46,909 bases of DNA, taken from the NCBI GenBank assembly GCA_947441695.1, contig CANEUK010000001.1, positions 1 to 46,909 on the forward strand. Direction: 5' to 3'. The stretch comes from Rickettsiales bacterium. GTDB lineage: Bacteria > Pseudomonadota > Alphaproteobacteria > Rickettsiales > UBA1997. The position numbers were made by a program, and so were the translations under genes. The notes under the pieces are model-generated. The model had not been told where the DNA came from. It ran no database searches and was given only the letters and a program-made list of their open reading frames with translations. Positions 8,546 through 18,083 of this stretch are shown one piece after another (the stretch's first letter is position 1; each line of letters starts with the position of its first letter).

Positions 8546-9490
8546 ATGGTACAAAACTTGTTTAAGAAACCGTTCCAAATCTTCATTTTCTGCGTTTTAG
8601 CTTTTATTTCATTTGGCGCAAAAGCTGGTGAGCCGCCATTTGGCTTTATTTATACCACCGACTTAAATCCGAAAGGCACTTACGAATTTGAACAAAAAGT
8701 AAATTACCAACGCGGTCAAGCCCACGGAATATATAACAATTTTGAAATACAAAGTGAGTTTGAATATGGCGTAACTAACGACTTTCAGGCAGCTTTTTAT
8801 CTAAATTATGACTATATCGCCGCCAAAAATAATGACGCACGCGGCAAAACAACTTCTAACAAAATTCCAGCACAACATAATCCAAACGAGTCTTATCGCG
8901 CTTTGCTTTATCGCGGAATTTCGACAGAATTTATTTACCGAATTTTAAGTCCTTACAAAGACTCTTTTGGTTTAGCGTTTTATGTGCAACCAAGCTATGG
9001 ATCTCAAGAAATTGGCTTAGAAAACAAAATAATCATTCACAAAAACTTTCTTGACGATCGCTTGGTTTTGGCTTCGAACATCAATTTAGAATATGAAAAA
9101 GAGCGACAAGGCGCAGTTTTTGGTTCGCAAGCAGGCGATACAGATTTTAGCTCGGGCTGGTCAAAAGAAACTCACTTAGATTTTTTATTTGGCGCATCTT
9201 ATCGCTTTTTTTCTAATTGGTCTTTTGGTTGGGAACATCGTTTGCACAACGATTTTGATGGTCATAAAATTGCCCGTTCTAAACATACCCAAATTGTCAA
9301 CTTTACAGGACCCGCAATTCATTATGGTGGCAAAAATTTCTTCGCTACTTTGTCAGTTTTAAAACAAGTTTCTGCCAAAGCCTTAACCAGTGATGAAAAA
9401 CAAAATTACGTTGGCGACAAAATTTACGGCGACCACGCTAATTACGACGGTATTCGCCTGATAATTGGCATTCCTTTTCAAACTAATTAA
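8546..9490 (+). CDS. Predicted outer-membrane beta-barrel protein (unknown family)
   Basis: Signal peptide (FIFCVLAFISFGAKA/GE). The sequence has an alternating aromatic/hydrophilic beta-strand pattern and a C-terminal aromatic-rich strand (GIRLIIGIPFQTN). It is the first gene of a four-gene same-strand cluster. Confidence 0.55.
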   Translation: MVQNLFKKPFQIFIFCVLAFISFGAKAGEPPFGFIYTTDLNPKGTYEFEQKVNYQRGQAHGIYNNFEIQSEFEYGVTNDFQAAFYLNYDYIAAKNNDARGKTTSNKIPAQHNPNESYRALLYRGISTEFIYRILSPYKDSFGLAFYVQPSYGSQEIGLENKIIIHKNFLDDRLVLASNINLEYEKERQGAVFGSQAGDTDFSSGWSKETHLDFLFGASYRFFSNWSFGWEHRLHNDFDGHKIARSKHTQIVNFTGPAIHYGGKNFFATLSVLKQVSAKALTSDEKQNYVGDKIYGDHANYDGIRLIIGIPFQTN

Positions 9491-9501
9491 ATTTTTAAAA
9501 T

Positions 9502-10038
9502 ATGTCTTCAATCAAATGGAATTTACTTCCAGGCCTTGCAATTGTTGCAAGCACGATTGTTTCGCAAAGTGCTTTTGCCACAGTTTATTTTAACGAACAA
9601 CAAGCCGCTCAAGCAATTTTTGGCAACAAAAAAATAACCAAAAATTTTGTCAGCGTTTCTAAAGAACAAGCCAAATCAATTGAGAAAATAAGCGGCGTAA
9701 ATTTTAGAAATTCTGAAATCAAAATGTGGAATGTTGAAGGTTGCGGAACTTTTATTGTTGACGAAGTTTTGGGCAAACACGAATTCATTACTTACGCAAT
9801 TGGAATCAACCAAGACGGCACTATAAAAGGAATTGAAATAATGAGTTACAACGAATCTTACGGATATGAAATTCGCGACGAAAAATGGCGCGAGCAATTT
9901 GTTGGTAAAAGCGTTGCGGATAATTTTAAACTCGATTCTGACATCAAAAATATTAGCGGCGCTACTTTGTCGTGCCGCCACGTTTCTGATGGCGTGAAGC
10001 GCGTTTTAACCACTTTAGAAATTTTGGCGCAAAAATGA
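9502..10038 (+). CDS. Periplasmic FMN-binding domain protein (predicted ApbE substrate)
   Basis: Signal peptide (AIVASTIVSQSAFA/T). The FMN_bind-type motif ISGATLSC is present; the Thr of the [S/D]GAT motif is the usual covalent flavinylation site. Confidence 0.75.
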   Translation: MSSIKWNLLPGLAIVASTIVSQSAFATVYFNEQQAAQAIFGNKKITKNFVSVSKEQAKSIEKISGVNFRNSEIKMWNVEGCGTFIVDEVLGKHEFITYAIGINQDGTIKGIEIMSYNESYGYEIRDEKWREQFVGKSVADNFKLDSDIKNISGATLSCRHVSDGVKRVLTTLEILAQK

Positions 10039-10853
10039 TTGAAAAACCTTCGCAAATTCGTTGTAAGCCTCTACTTGGAACTTTTGTTGAAATAAAAGTT
10101 TTTAGCAAAAATTCTGTCGCCTATTTGGCGGTTGAAAAAGCTTTTGACGAGATTGCTAAAATTCACAACTTAATGAGTTTTTTCAACGAAAAAAGTGAGG
10201 TTTCTAAACTTAATCGCGAAGCCCACAAACAAAGTGTTGGCGTTGAGCGGCGTTTGTTTGAAGTTTTAATTTTGGCTCAAAAATTATTCAAAATTAGTGA
10301 TGGAATTTTTGACGTTAGTTTGCATCGCAGCCAAAAAAATTCTTCTTTTGCCCATATTGAACTTGGCGAAAATTACCAAGTAAAATTTAAACAAAATTTA
10401 CAAATCGATTTAGGCGGAATTGCCAAAGGCTACGCGGTTGACGCGGCGGCTAAAATTTTAGAAAATCACGGTGTTTTAAACTACATAATCAACGCTGGGG
10501 GCGATTTGCGCGTAGGAAAATTGCCGCAAAAAATTGGAATCAGAAATCCTAAAAAACCAGGCGAAATAATCTGCAAAACCGAAATTTGTAATCGCTCTTT
10601 AGCCACAACTTCAGGCTATTTTTCTTGTCAAAAAATTGGTAAAAAAACAATTTATCCAATTTTTCAACCAGGTTTGGGCGCTTTAGAATATGACAATGAA
10701 AGCGTTTCAGTTTCTTGCGAATCTTGCGCCATTTCTGACGCTTTGACAAAAATTGTTGCCATCAAAAAAGAAGATTCGGCAGAAATTTTACAGCAATTTG
10801 GGGCGCAAGCAATGTTGGTTTCTTCAACAAATCAAGTTAGTTTTTTAAATTAA
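10035..10853 (+). CDS. apbE: FAD:protein FMN transferase (ApbE family)
   Basis: ApbE-like motifs (LGGIAKGYAVD, INAGGDL). There is an ATGA start/stop overlap with the upstream FMN-binding gene. Confidence 0.8.
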   Translation: MIEKPSQIRCKPLLGTFVEIKVFSKNSVAYLAVEKAFDEIAKIHNLMSFFNEKSEVSKLNREAHKQSVGVERRLFEVLILAQKLFKISDGIFDVSLHRSQKNSSFAHIELGENYQVKFKQNLQIDLGGIAKGYAVDAAAKILENHGVLNYIINAGGDLRVGKLPQKIGIRNPKKPGEIICKTEICNRSLATTSGYFSCQKIGKKTIYPIFQPGLGALEYDNESVSVSCESCAISDALTKIVAIKKEDSAEILQQFGAQAMLVSSTNQVSFLN

Positions 10854-10861
10854 ATCCAAAA

Positions 10862-11293
10862 ATGAAACTCACCTTAATTCAGAGATTTTTCTGCCACTTA
10901 ACAATTTTTATTCTGCTTTTTAGCGGCTTAGTTTGGCTAATTTTCAACTTTGCAATTGAACCTAATTCGCCATTTCGTTTTTTAAGCACTTGGTCTTTGC
11001 GACTTCACGGCGCGGCTTCTTATGGATTTTTAATTGTCTTTGGAATGCTGCTTTCAACCCATATTTCGTTCAATTGGCAAGTCAAAAAAAACCGCCGCAA
11101 GTCAGGAATAGTTTTGGCAGGAATTTTTGTGATTTTAATTACCAGCGGCTATTTGCTTTATTACGCTTCTGGTGAAAATTTTCGTGCTTTTATTAGCTAT
11201 TTGCATTGGATTTTAGGAATTTTGGCAACGGCAATTTTTGTGGCGCACTTTTTATTTTCGCCTTCAAAAAAACCAAAAATACCGTTGGTTTAA
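10862..11293 (+). CDS. Small 4-TM membrane protein with conserved-looking intramembrane His residues (cytochrome-b-like, DUF4405-like guess)
   Basis: 143 aa with four hydrophobic helices. His residues sit within or next to the helices (LRLHG, STHI, YLHW, VAHF). It is the last gene of the OMP / FMN_bind / ApbE cluster. Confidence 0.5.
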   Translation: MKLTLIQRFFCHLTIFILLFSGLVWLIFNFAIEPNSPFRFLSTWSLRLHGAASYGFLIVFGMLLSTHISFNWQVKKNRRKSGIVLAGIFVILITSGYLLYYASGENFRAFISYLHWILGILATAIFVAHFLFSPSKKPKIPLV

Positions 11294-11361
11294 AAAACTT
11301 TCTTAAAAACAAAAAATCTATTGCGAATACGCCAATTCTCTTGGTTTGTAGCAATTCAAAA

Positions 11362-12192
11362 TTAAATCAAATTGCTTTTTTCAGGAAATTTTTTTGCCCG
11401 CACATCGGCGCAAAAATTTTTCACCGCAATAGCAATTTCATTGGCCAGATTGGCGTAATTTTTCACGAAACGCGGCTTAAATTCTTGATTTAAACCAAGT
11501 AAATCGTCGATTACCAAAACTTGTCCATCGCAATTTTGCGAAGCGCCAATGCCAATTGTAGGAATTTTTAGAGCGGCAGAAATTTCGTCAGCCAAAATGG
11601 CTGGAACCGCCTCAATCACTATTCCAAAAGCACCCGCCTGTTCGAGCATTTTTGAGGTTTCTAAAATTTCTTGCGCTTCTTTTTGCCCCCGACCCTGATA
11701 TTTATAGCCGCCAATTTTGCGCACGCTTTGGGGCAATAATCCAACATGCGCCATTACTTTAATTTTGTGGTCGACCAAAAATTTAGTTGTAGCAACTAAA
11801 TCGCGCGAAGTTTCAATTTTAATGGCGTGACAACCGGTGCTTTCAATTACTTTTTTTGCCGATTCAAGCGCTTGTTCTTTAGAGTTTTCGTAAGTGCCAA
11901 AAGGTAAATCTACTACTACCAAAGATTTTTTAGCTGCGCGCATTACCGCTTTTGCGTGATTAATCATCATTTCCAAACTTACGTCAACCGTGTCGGCAAG
12001 CCCGTAAATTGTCATTCCAAGTGAATCTCCAACCAAAATGATGTCGCAAAATTCGTCTAAAATTTTTGCCATCCCAAATGTGTAGGCGGTAAGGCAAATA
12101 ATTTTTTCACCACCTTTTTTGGCTAAAATATTTTTAATCAAATTCGACGCTTCATCGAGTTTGGGCGTGTTTTTTTCTGAAAGATTTGGCAT
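11362..12192 (-). CDS. panB: 3-methyl-2-oxobutanoate hydroxymethyltransferase (ketopantoate hydroxymethyltransferase)
   Basis: LTAYTFGMAKILDEFCDIILVGDSLGMTIYG and the remainder align with PanB. The start overlaps the upstream stop (TAATG). Confidence 0.9.
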   Translation of the reverse strand: MPNLSEKNTPKLDEASNLIKNILAKKGGEKIICLTAYTFGMAKILDEFCDIILVGDSLGMTIYGLADTVDVSLEMMINHAKAVMRAAKKSLVVVDLPFGTYENSKEQALESAKKVIESTGCHAIKIETSRDLVATTKFLVDHKIKVMAHVGLLPQSVRKIGGYKYQGRGQKEAQEILETSKMLEQAGAFGIVIEAVPAILADEISAALKIPTIGIGASQNCDGQVLVIDDLLGLNQEFKPRFVKNYANLANEIAIAVKNFCADVRAKKFPEKSNLI

Positions 12193-15100
12193 TACTGATT
12201 TTCTGAAGGTTTTTGATTAGAAGCTTGCGGCGGAAGTAAAATTGATTTTAGCCCTGTTTTTGTATCCAACTCTTTTTCTTTTTTGGGCGAGTCGTCGGAA
12301 TCGTTTTTGTTTTCAACATTTGCTGACTTGGAACTGACAATTGGCAAGCCTAAATATTGCCTTACTTGATCAAGGTTGGTGCTTTGCAAAAGGTTATCTG
12401 TTTTGCCTTTTAGATTAGTGGCAATGTTGATTGGGGTTTGTTTTTTGCGATTTCCGGTAAGAAAAATTGTATTAAACGAGGCATCAACGGTTTTATTTAC
12501 AACATCAAGCGATCCAGACAAAATTCCGTTAATTGCCAACGCTTCGGTTTTAATGTTAATTTTTCCGCCCTTTACGTTGTTAATTTCAATCGATCCAACT
12601 GCTTGTTTAAATTCGGTTTTGGTTTCTTGGTTAAATAAAATTTTTTCTGGCTCGCTTAGTTCTTGCGAATAACTAAGCGGCGCAAACATTTTTACTACTA
12701 AATCTTTTAAGCCGTAGCCTTCAACTATTGGTTTGGCAACGTTAAATTTAAAATTGCAGTTAAGTTTTTTAAAAAATTCTTGCGAGTTTTCGGCAACCGA
12801 AGAAATGTTGGCGCTGATATTTGCGGTTCCCAAAACCTGATTAATATCAAATAAATCAGATAAAAGAGGCTGAATATTAGTGTTTTTAAAAGCCAAATTT
12901 CCGTTGATTGTTTTGTTGATTTTGATGCCAATCAAGCCTTTAAAATTAAGATCTCCTTCGTAAATGCTGCCAATATTTAGTTCGGCATTTTTAATGTCGC
13001 CTTCGTTAAGATTTCCAATTAGTTTTAAATTTTTAACTTCACGGTTATTCAAGCTTAAATTATCAAGATTTAAGGCAACTTTTCCGTTAAATCCATCAAG
13101 CGAAGGCAAAGTAAAAAATTGCTCAAACAAGGTTTGTTTAGAATTTTTTTGATCTTGGTATTGAAGATTGTCAACGTTTAGATTTAGTTCAAAACGCGGA
13201 GTTTTATTTGTGATGTCGATTAAAATGGCACCTTCAAAATTAGAATTTTGAGAATTTAGTTCAAAGTTAGAAATTTCGAAATAACCGGGTTTTATTTTTA
13301 GTTTTAGGTTTTGTTCCAAAAAATTTTCACTTCTATAGACCAAGTCTTTAAAGTTAAAATCTAAATCTCCTTCAAAAGAAATTTCGTTAAGCCAAAAAAG
13401 CTTTTTTAGAAGCGATCCGGGCAGTAAATAAATATTTTTTTTCGAAGTTAAAAAAAACCGATCAAAATCAAAATTATTAATGCTAAAACTGCCGATAAAG
13501 AAAGGTAATTTGGTGCTGCTGTCAATTTTTAAATCACCTAAAATTTCACTTTTTTCGTTGCCCAAATTAAAGTAAAAATTATCAAAATAGATGCTATTTG
13601 GAAGAAGCATCAAATCAGAATAAGCGTTATATCGTTTAAAATTTTCGAGACGCAAATTTGACGATTCAATTTTTAGCCAAACAAGAATTTCTTTTAAATT
13701 TTTGCCAGCTGCGTCGAATTTACCGATAAATTTTGGCAAATCCTGACTATTATCCAAAACTCCGTTGATACGGAAAATTCCCTCACCCGGAAGTCGAAAA
13801 GTCATTGGCAAAAACAAAATCTCGCCTTCTTTGGCAATACTTAAATAACAATCAAGATCGCTTATCTGATTATTTAAATATTTAATGTTTTTGATTTTTA
13901 TTTCGGCAGATAAGTCAATATTTTTAATTGAGCTAGGAATAAGTTTTATTTGGCTTGAAGCTTGTTTTTGAACATCGTTTTTTTGAAAGTTTGCCTCGTT
14001 TTTTGCTGCCAATTTTTTTGGTAAAGTTTCAACGGTATCATTGCCAAAATATTCGGGTAAATTTTTTTGGACAACTTGACCAACTTCAATTGGCTCATCA
14101 GACCAAATAGATTGCAGATCTAAATCTGACAAATCCAAGTTGACGTCGATTATAGGAATTCTTTCAAAAAAACTAAAATTAATATTGCCTTTGCCATTAA
14201 CTAATTCAGAAGAAACCAGCAAATTTTCAAAAGTTATTTCGGCAGATTTATTTTCAATTTCGCTGCTAATTTTAATCGATTTAGAGGTGGGTTTTATCTT
14301 TTTTGAAACTAGATTTTCAGAGCTTATATAGGCTTTGTAAAAAGTTTTTAGGTCAAAAATTTCTGCTAAAATTTTACCTTTAAATTCATTATTTAAAATT
14401 CCTTGGTTTTGCGACGGAAAATTACCCGTAATTTTTAGTGAAAGAGCTGGCGAATTTAGCTCAAAATAAGAGTTTTCGTTTGCTTTGTTTTGTTCAAATT
14501 TGATTAGCAATTTAAAATCGCTAATCACGCCTTGAGAAGCAAAATTGCCGCTTGCCCAGATTTTTTTTGGGTCAATTTTTAACTCGCCAACCAAGTTTTC
14601 AATTTGATTTTTTTTATTAAATCGGTCGTAAAAAGTTGCTTGAGCATTTTTGATTTCAATTTTAGGCAAATTTTTTGATGAAAATTCCGACTCTTTCAGA
14701 TTAGAAATGCGAAATAATTTAGAACTTATTTGGCTTGATTTTGTTTGCTGCGGTTTTTCTTCTGATTTTTTTAAAATTTCATCAGCAAATAAAGCTGTTA
14801 TTTCTTTGATTTTGTCTTCGCGTTCTAAGTTTTTTGAGCCTTCGTAATAACTGTTTAAAGTGGCGTTATGTAAAATTATTTTTTTAATTAAAGAATCCTT
14901 AGGAGCTCTAAAAATTGCTAAATTAATTTTTAGAGAATTGGCGTGTAAATTGTAAATTTTTCCAGAATCGCTTTGATAATTTTGTAAAAAAACATCTTTG
15001 GCAATTATTGCGGGCGAAGGCAAAAAAGCTATTTCCACGCCGCCTTTAATGATAAAATTAGCTCCTGAAATTTGACTAATTTTTTGTGAAATTTCAGATT

Positions 15101-15296
15101 TTAAATCTGAATTATCAAAAAAACTCGGGATAAGAATTAGCAAAGCAACAAGGGCAATTAAAACGCTAGAAGCAATTTTTAAAACTTCTGAATTTGCTAA
15201 TCGCTCTTTAAAGTTTTTTAAAGTTTGAAAAATTTTAATTACTCGGCTTTCGTCAATTTCAAATTTTTGCTTATCAGATTCTTGGTTCTTTAGCAT
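12192..15296 (-). CDS. AsmA-family large envelope protein
   Basis: 1034 aa. It has a single N-terminal TM anchor (ASSVLIALVALLILIPSFF) followed by a long, repetitive, beta-rich, low-GC body. The architecture is typical of AsmA/TamB-like proteins. The family call rests on architecture only. Confidence 0.6.
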   Translation of the reverse strand: MLKNQESDKQKFEIDESRVIKIFQTLKNFKERLANSEVLKIASSVLIALVALLILIPSFFDNSDLKSEISQKISQISGANFIIKGGVEIAFLPSPAIIAKDVFLQNYQSDSGKIYNLHANSLKINLAIFRAPKDSLIKKIILHNATLNSYYEGSKNLEREDKIKEITALFADEILKKSEEKPQQTKSSQISSKLFRISNLKESEFSSKNLPKIEIKNAQATFYDRFNKKNQIENLVGELKIDPKKIWASGNFASQGVISDFKLLIKFEQNKANENSYFELNSPALSLKITGNFPSQNQGILNNEFKGKILAEIFDLKTFYKAYISSENLVSKKIKPTSKSIKISSEIENKSAEITFENLLVSSELVNGKGNINFSFFERIPIIDVNLDLSDLDLQSIWSDEPIEVGQVVQKNLPEYFGNDTVETLPKKLAAKNEANFQKNDVQKQASSQIKLIPSSIKNIDLSAEIKIKNIKYLNNQISDLDCYLSIAKEGEILFLPMTFRLPGEGIFRINGVLDNSQDLPKFIGKFDAAGKNLKEILVWLKIESSNLRLENFKRYNAYSDLMLLPNSIYFDNFYFNLGNEKSEILGDLKIDSSTKLPFFIGSFSINNFDFDRFFLTSKKNIYLLPGSLLKKLFWLNEISFEGDLDFNFKDLVYRSENFLEQNLKLKIKPGYFEISNFELNSQNSNFEGAILIDITNKTPRFELNLNVDNLQYQDQKNSKQTLFEQFFTLPSLDGFNGKVALNLDNLSLNNREVKNLKLIGNLNEGDIKNAELNIGSIYEGDLNFKGLIGIKINKTINGNLAFKNTNIQPLLSDLFDINQVLGTANISANISSVAENSQEFFKKLNCNFKFNVAKPIVEGYGLKDLVVKMFAPLSYSQELSEPEKILFNQETKTEFKQAVGSIEINNVKGGKINIKTEALAINGILSGSLDVVNKTVDASFNTIFLTGNRKKQTPINIATNLKGKTDNLLQSTNLDQVRQYLGLPIVSSKSANVENKNDSDDSPKKEKELDTKTGLKSILLPPQASNQKPSENQ

Positions 15297-15298
15297 TT

Positions 15299-15787
15299 TT
15301 AATTATCAATATTTTCCAATTCTTTTATCAAATTTTTATTTGTGATTTTGGCACCATTATTTTCGCAAGAATTGAACAAAGAAAGCAAAACCAAAAAAGC
15401 CAAAATCGAGATTAGTAAAAAATTAAAAAAATTATCTTTGCTCGGGGATAATTTAGCGTCTTCGCCAACATTTAAAAGCTGATGATCTTTGTTTTCGGTA
15501 TTAGACTTGATTGATAAAAATTTGATCTTTTCTTCAATAGTTTTTTCGTTAATTTTCAAAAATTTAGCATAAGAATGAATCAATCCTAAGACATATAAGT
15601 GCTTGGTAATATTGGACAAATTGCCACTTTCAATTGCTTCAATATCGCGCGATTTTATTTTTAGGTAGGAACTAACTTCCAAAACCTCCATTTTTAAATC
15701 TTGCCTTTTTATTCGCAAAATTTCTCCCAATTCAAATGCTGAATTAGAGCTTTCGCAAGCAACTTTGGTTTGATTATCTTGAGTCAT
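15299..15787 (-). CDS. Helix-turn-helix plus TM protein (RodZ-like)
   Basis: N-terminal XRE-type HTH (LGEILRIKRQDLKMEVLEVSSYLKIKSRDIEAIESG) and a later TM helix (FFNFLLISILAFLVLLSLF). The 4-nt overlap with murG suggests co-translation. Confidence 0.6.
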   Translation of the reverse strand: MTQDNQTKVACESSNSAFELGEILRIKRQDLKMEVLEVSSYLKIKSRDIEAIESGNLSNITKHLYVLGLIHSYAKFLKINEKTIEEKIKFLSIKSNTENKDHQLLNVGEDAKLSPSKDNFFNFLLISILAFLVLLSLFNSCENNGAKITNKNLIKELENIDN

Positions 15788-16953
15788 TTGTATTTAGTTA
15801 AGTTTGCTAAGTTTTTGGTTGCATCTAGTTGCGCCAATCTTGCAGCGTTGTCCGACATTTTTTGCAAAATTGCTTGGTTGTTAATTAAATTTTTAAGCAA
15901 TTGCGTAATTTTGCTAATCGTAAATTCGCTTTCTTTGATTAGAATTGCCGCTTTATTTTCTTCAAAATAGCGAGCGTTTTTTTCTTGATGATTATCTGCT
16001 GCCAAAGCGAACGGAACTAGAATCATTGGCTTTTTTGCGGCACAAAATTCAAAAACCGAAGATGATCCAGAACGAGCAATTACAAGGTGCGAATTTTTGA
16101 TTATTTCTGGCATATCTTTAAAAAAAACATCGATGGTTGCGCTAAGGTTAAAAGATTTATATTGAGCGAATGTTTCACCAACCAATTCTTGGCGACATTG
16201 TTGAGTTATTTTAATTTTTTCTTTGAAATCTTCGCTCATGTTGAAAAAAGCTTTGGGCAAAATTTCACTAAAAATTTTTGCTCCGCCCGAACCACCAAGA
16301 ACTAAAATATTAAAATAATCCAAATTTTCTTCACTTTCTTCTTGGTTAAATTCTGAAGCTAAAGACAAATTATAGCCCATTTTATTGTTGGGTTTAGCGG
16401 TTTTAATTTTTGGCATTGGCAAGCAATAAGAAATTTTATTTAAAGCTAAAATTTCTTCGCGAACTGGGTTGCCCGTAAAAAAGGTTTTAGGCAAATAATC
16501 AGCATCAATTCCCGAAGTTTGCTCAAAAGATAGGGCAATTTTTTTGGCATATTTAGCAAAAATTCGGTTCACTTTTCCCAAGTGAGAATTTTGCTCGTGC
16601 AAAATAATTGGTGTTTTGGTTAAAACCGCCGCAATCAAAGTAGGAAAGGTTGAATAACCACCAAAAGCCACCACAAATTGTGGACGAATTTTCAACAAAA
16701 AATAACCAGATTGCAAAATTCCTAAGGCAATTTTTATTACCGCTTTTGTTAAAAAAACTGGCGATTTTTTAAATTGCGACGAGCTAATAATTTTAGTTTT
16801 AAAAGCATCGTTTGTTTGAATGTAGCTGCAATATTTTTTATCGCCTAAAAAAAATACTTGGCAATTTTTCGCTGCCAAATCTTTAGCCAAACAACGCGCT
16901 GGAATTATATGACCGCCAGTTCCACCACTTGTAATAAAAATTTTTTGAGACAT
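15784..16953 (-). CDS. murG: UDP-N-acetylglucosamine--N-acetylmuramyl-(pentapeptide) pyrophosphoryl-undecaprenol GlcNAc transferase
   Basis: GGTGGHIIPA N-terminal motif and a GT28 C-terminal domain (LGGSGGAKIF, ARSGSSSVFE). Confidence 0.9.
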   Translation of the reverse strand: MSQKIFITSGGTGGHIIPARCLAKDLAAKNCQVFFLGDKKYCSYIQTNDAFKTKIISSSQFKKSPVFLTKAVIKIALGILQSGYFLLKIRPQFVVAFGGYSTFPTLIAAVLTKTPIILHEQNSHLGKVNRIFAKYAKKIALSFEQTSGIDADYLPKTFFTGNPVREEILALNKISYCLPMPKIKTAKPNNKMGYNLSLASEFNQEESEENLDYFNILVLGGSGGAKIFSEILPKAFFNMSEDFKEKIKITQQCRQELVGETFAQYKSFNLSATIDVFFKDMPEIIKNSHLVIARSGSSSVFEFCAAKKPMILVPFALAADNHQEKNARYFEENKAAILIKESEFTISKITQLLKNLINNQAILQKMSDNAARLAQLDATKNLANLTKYK

Positions 16954-17039
16954 TTGATATTTTTTTAAGTTGCAAATCTTGACAATTTAGCAGTGCGCGC
17001 GCAAGTTCGCCCGCTTTCTTAAATTTTCAAAACAAATTT

Positions 17040-17999
17040 ATGCCAAAACATTTTTCAAAAAGCTTTCCAAAGGTTTTTCCCAAACATTTTATCGATCTAA
17101 ACCAAATCTCTGACGACCAATTACACAAAATTTTGGCACTAGCAAAAAAACTCAAGAAACAAAAAAATCAATTGGCTCAAGCCAAAATTTTGCCAAAAAA
17201 AAATTTGGCAATGATTTTTGAAAAAACTTCAACCAGAACCCGAGTTTCGTTTGAAGTTGCCATCAATCAACTTGGTGGTTGTGCAATTGTGATGAATAAA
17301 AATGACATGCAACTTGGAAAAGGCGAATCGGTTGCCGATACTGCCAAAGTTTTGTCGCGTTTTGTTGATGCAATAATGATTCGCTCAAACTCGCATCAAA
17401 CAATTTTAGATTTAGCCGCCAATTCAAGCGTGCCAGTAATTAACGCACTTTCTGATTTTTCTCATCCATGTCAAATTATCGCCAGCATTTTAACCATCGA
17501 AGAACATTTAGGTTCAATAAAAGGTAAAAAATTGGCTTGGTTTGGAGATGCTAATAATGTTTTAAATTCTTATATTCACGCCGCCAAAGCCTTTGATTTT
17601 GAATTGGCAATTGCCACTCCAAAGGAATTAGATTTTTGCAACGAAGAAATAAAAAAGATGCAAAAAATCGGTGCCAAAATCAGTCATTTTTTTGATGCCA
17701 AAAAAGCTGCCAAAAACGCTGATGTTTTAATTACCGACACTTGGTTTTCAATGGGCGACGTGGCAGAAACAAATGATGCCGCAAGACAAAAAAAAATAAA
17801 TTTATTACAACCTTTTCAAGTAAATAAAGAGCTAATGAAGCTAGCCAAAAAATCTGCTATTTTTACACATTGTTTGCCAGTTTATCGAGGTTTTGAAGCG
17901 GTTGAAGAAATTGTTGATTCAAAAAAATCGGTAATTTTTGATGAAGCCGAAAACCGACTTCATGCACAAAAAGCAATTTTAGCTTGGACTTTAAAATAA
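17040..17999 (+). CDS. argF: Ornithine carbamoyltransferase
   Basis: Motifs STRTR, SDFSHPCQ, DTWFSMG and HCLPVYRG. Confidence 0.9.
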   Translation: MPKHFSKSFPKVFPKHFIDLNQISDDQLHKILALAKKLKKQKNQLAQAKILPKKNLAMIFEKTSTRTRVSFEVAINQLGGCAIVMNKNDMQLGKGESVADTAKVLSRFVDAIMIRSNSHQTILDLAANSSVPVINALSDFSHPCQIIASILTIEEHLGSIKGKKLAWFGDANNVLNSYIHAAKAFDFELAIATPKELDFCNEEIKKMQKIGAKISHFFDAKKAAKNADVLITDTWFSMGDVAETNDAARQKKINLLQPFQVNKELMKLAKKSAIFTHCLPVYRGFEAVEEIVDSKKSVIFDEAENRLHAQKAILAWTLK

Positions 18000-18031
18000 A
18001 ATTAAACCTCTTTTTGATTTATAATCCTAAG

Positions 18032-18059
18032 CCAAAACTCAATTGAAGAAGTAGATTTT
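18032..18059 (+). repeat. Copy of a dispersed repeat core, CCAAAACTCAATTGAAGAAGT[A/C]GATTTT, which contains the palindrome TCAATTGA
   Basis: It is near-identical (one substitution) to 43634..43661. It matches 43067..43093 and 43190..43221 in reverse orientation. It lies in the argF/grpE convergent spacer. Confidence 0.75.
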
Positions 18060-18083
18060 CCGACATCAAAAATCGCAAAAAAG

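Noticed and set aside
11206-11493. 95-aa plus-strand ORF spanning the convergent spacer into panB.
   Set aside because: It overlaps the end of the 4-TM gene and the 3-prime end of panB on the opposite strand. Its sequence is low-complexity.
16994-17003. TGCGCGCGCA alternating CG palindrome in the murG/argF divergent spacer, near a TTGACA hexamer at 16979.
   Set aside because: It is conspicuous in AT-rich DNA, but only 10 bp long. There is no matching -10 element at proper spacing and no recurrence elsewhere in the window, so there is not enough to assign a function.
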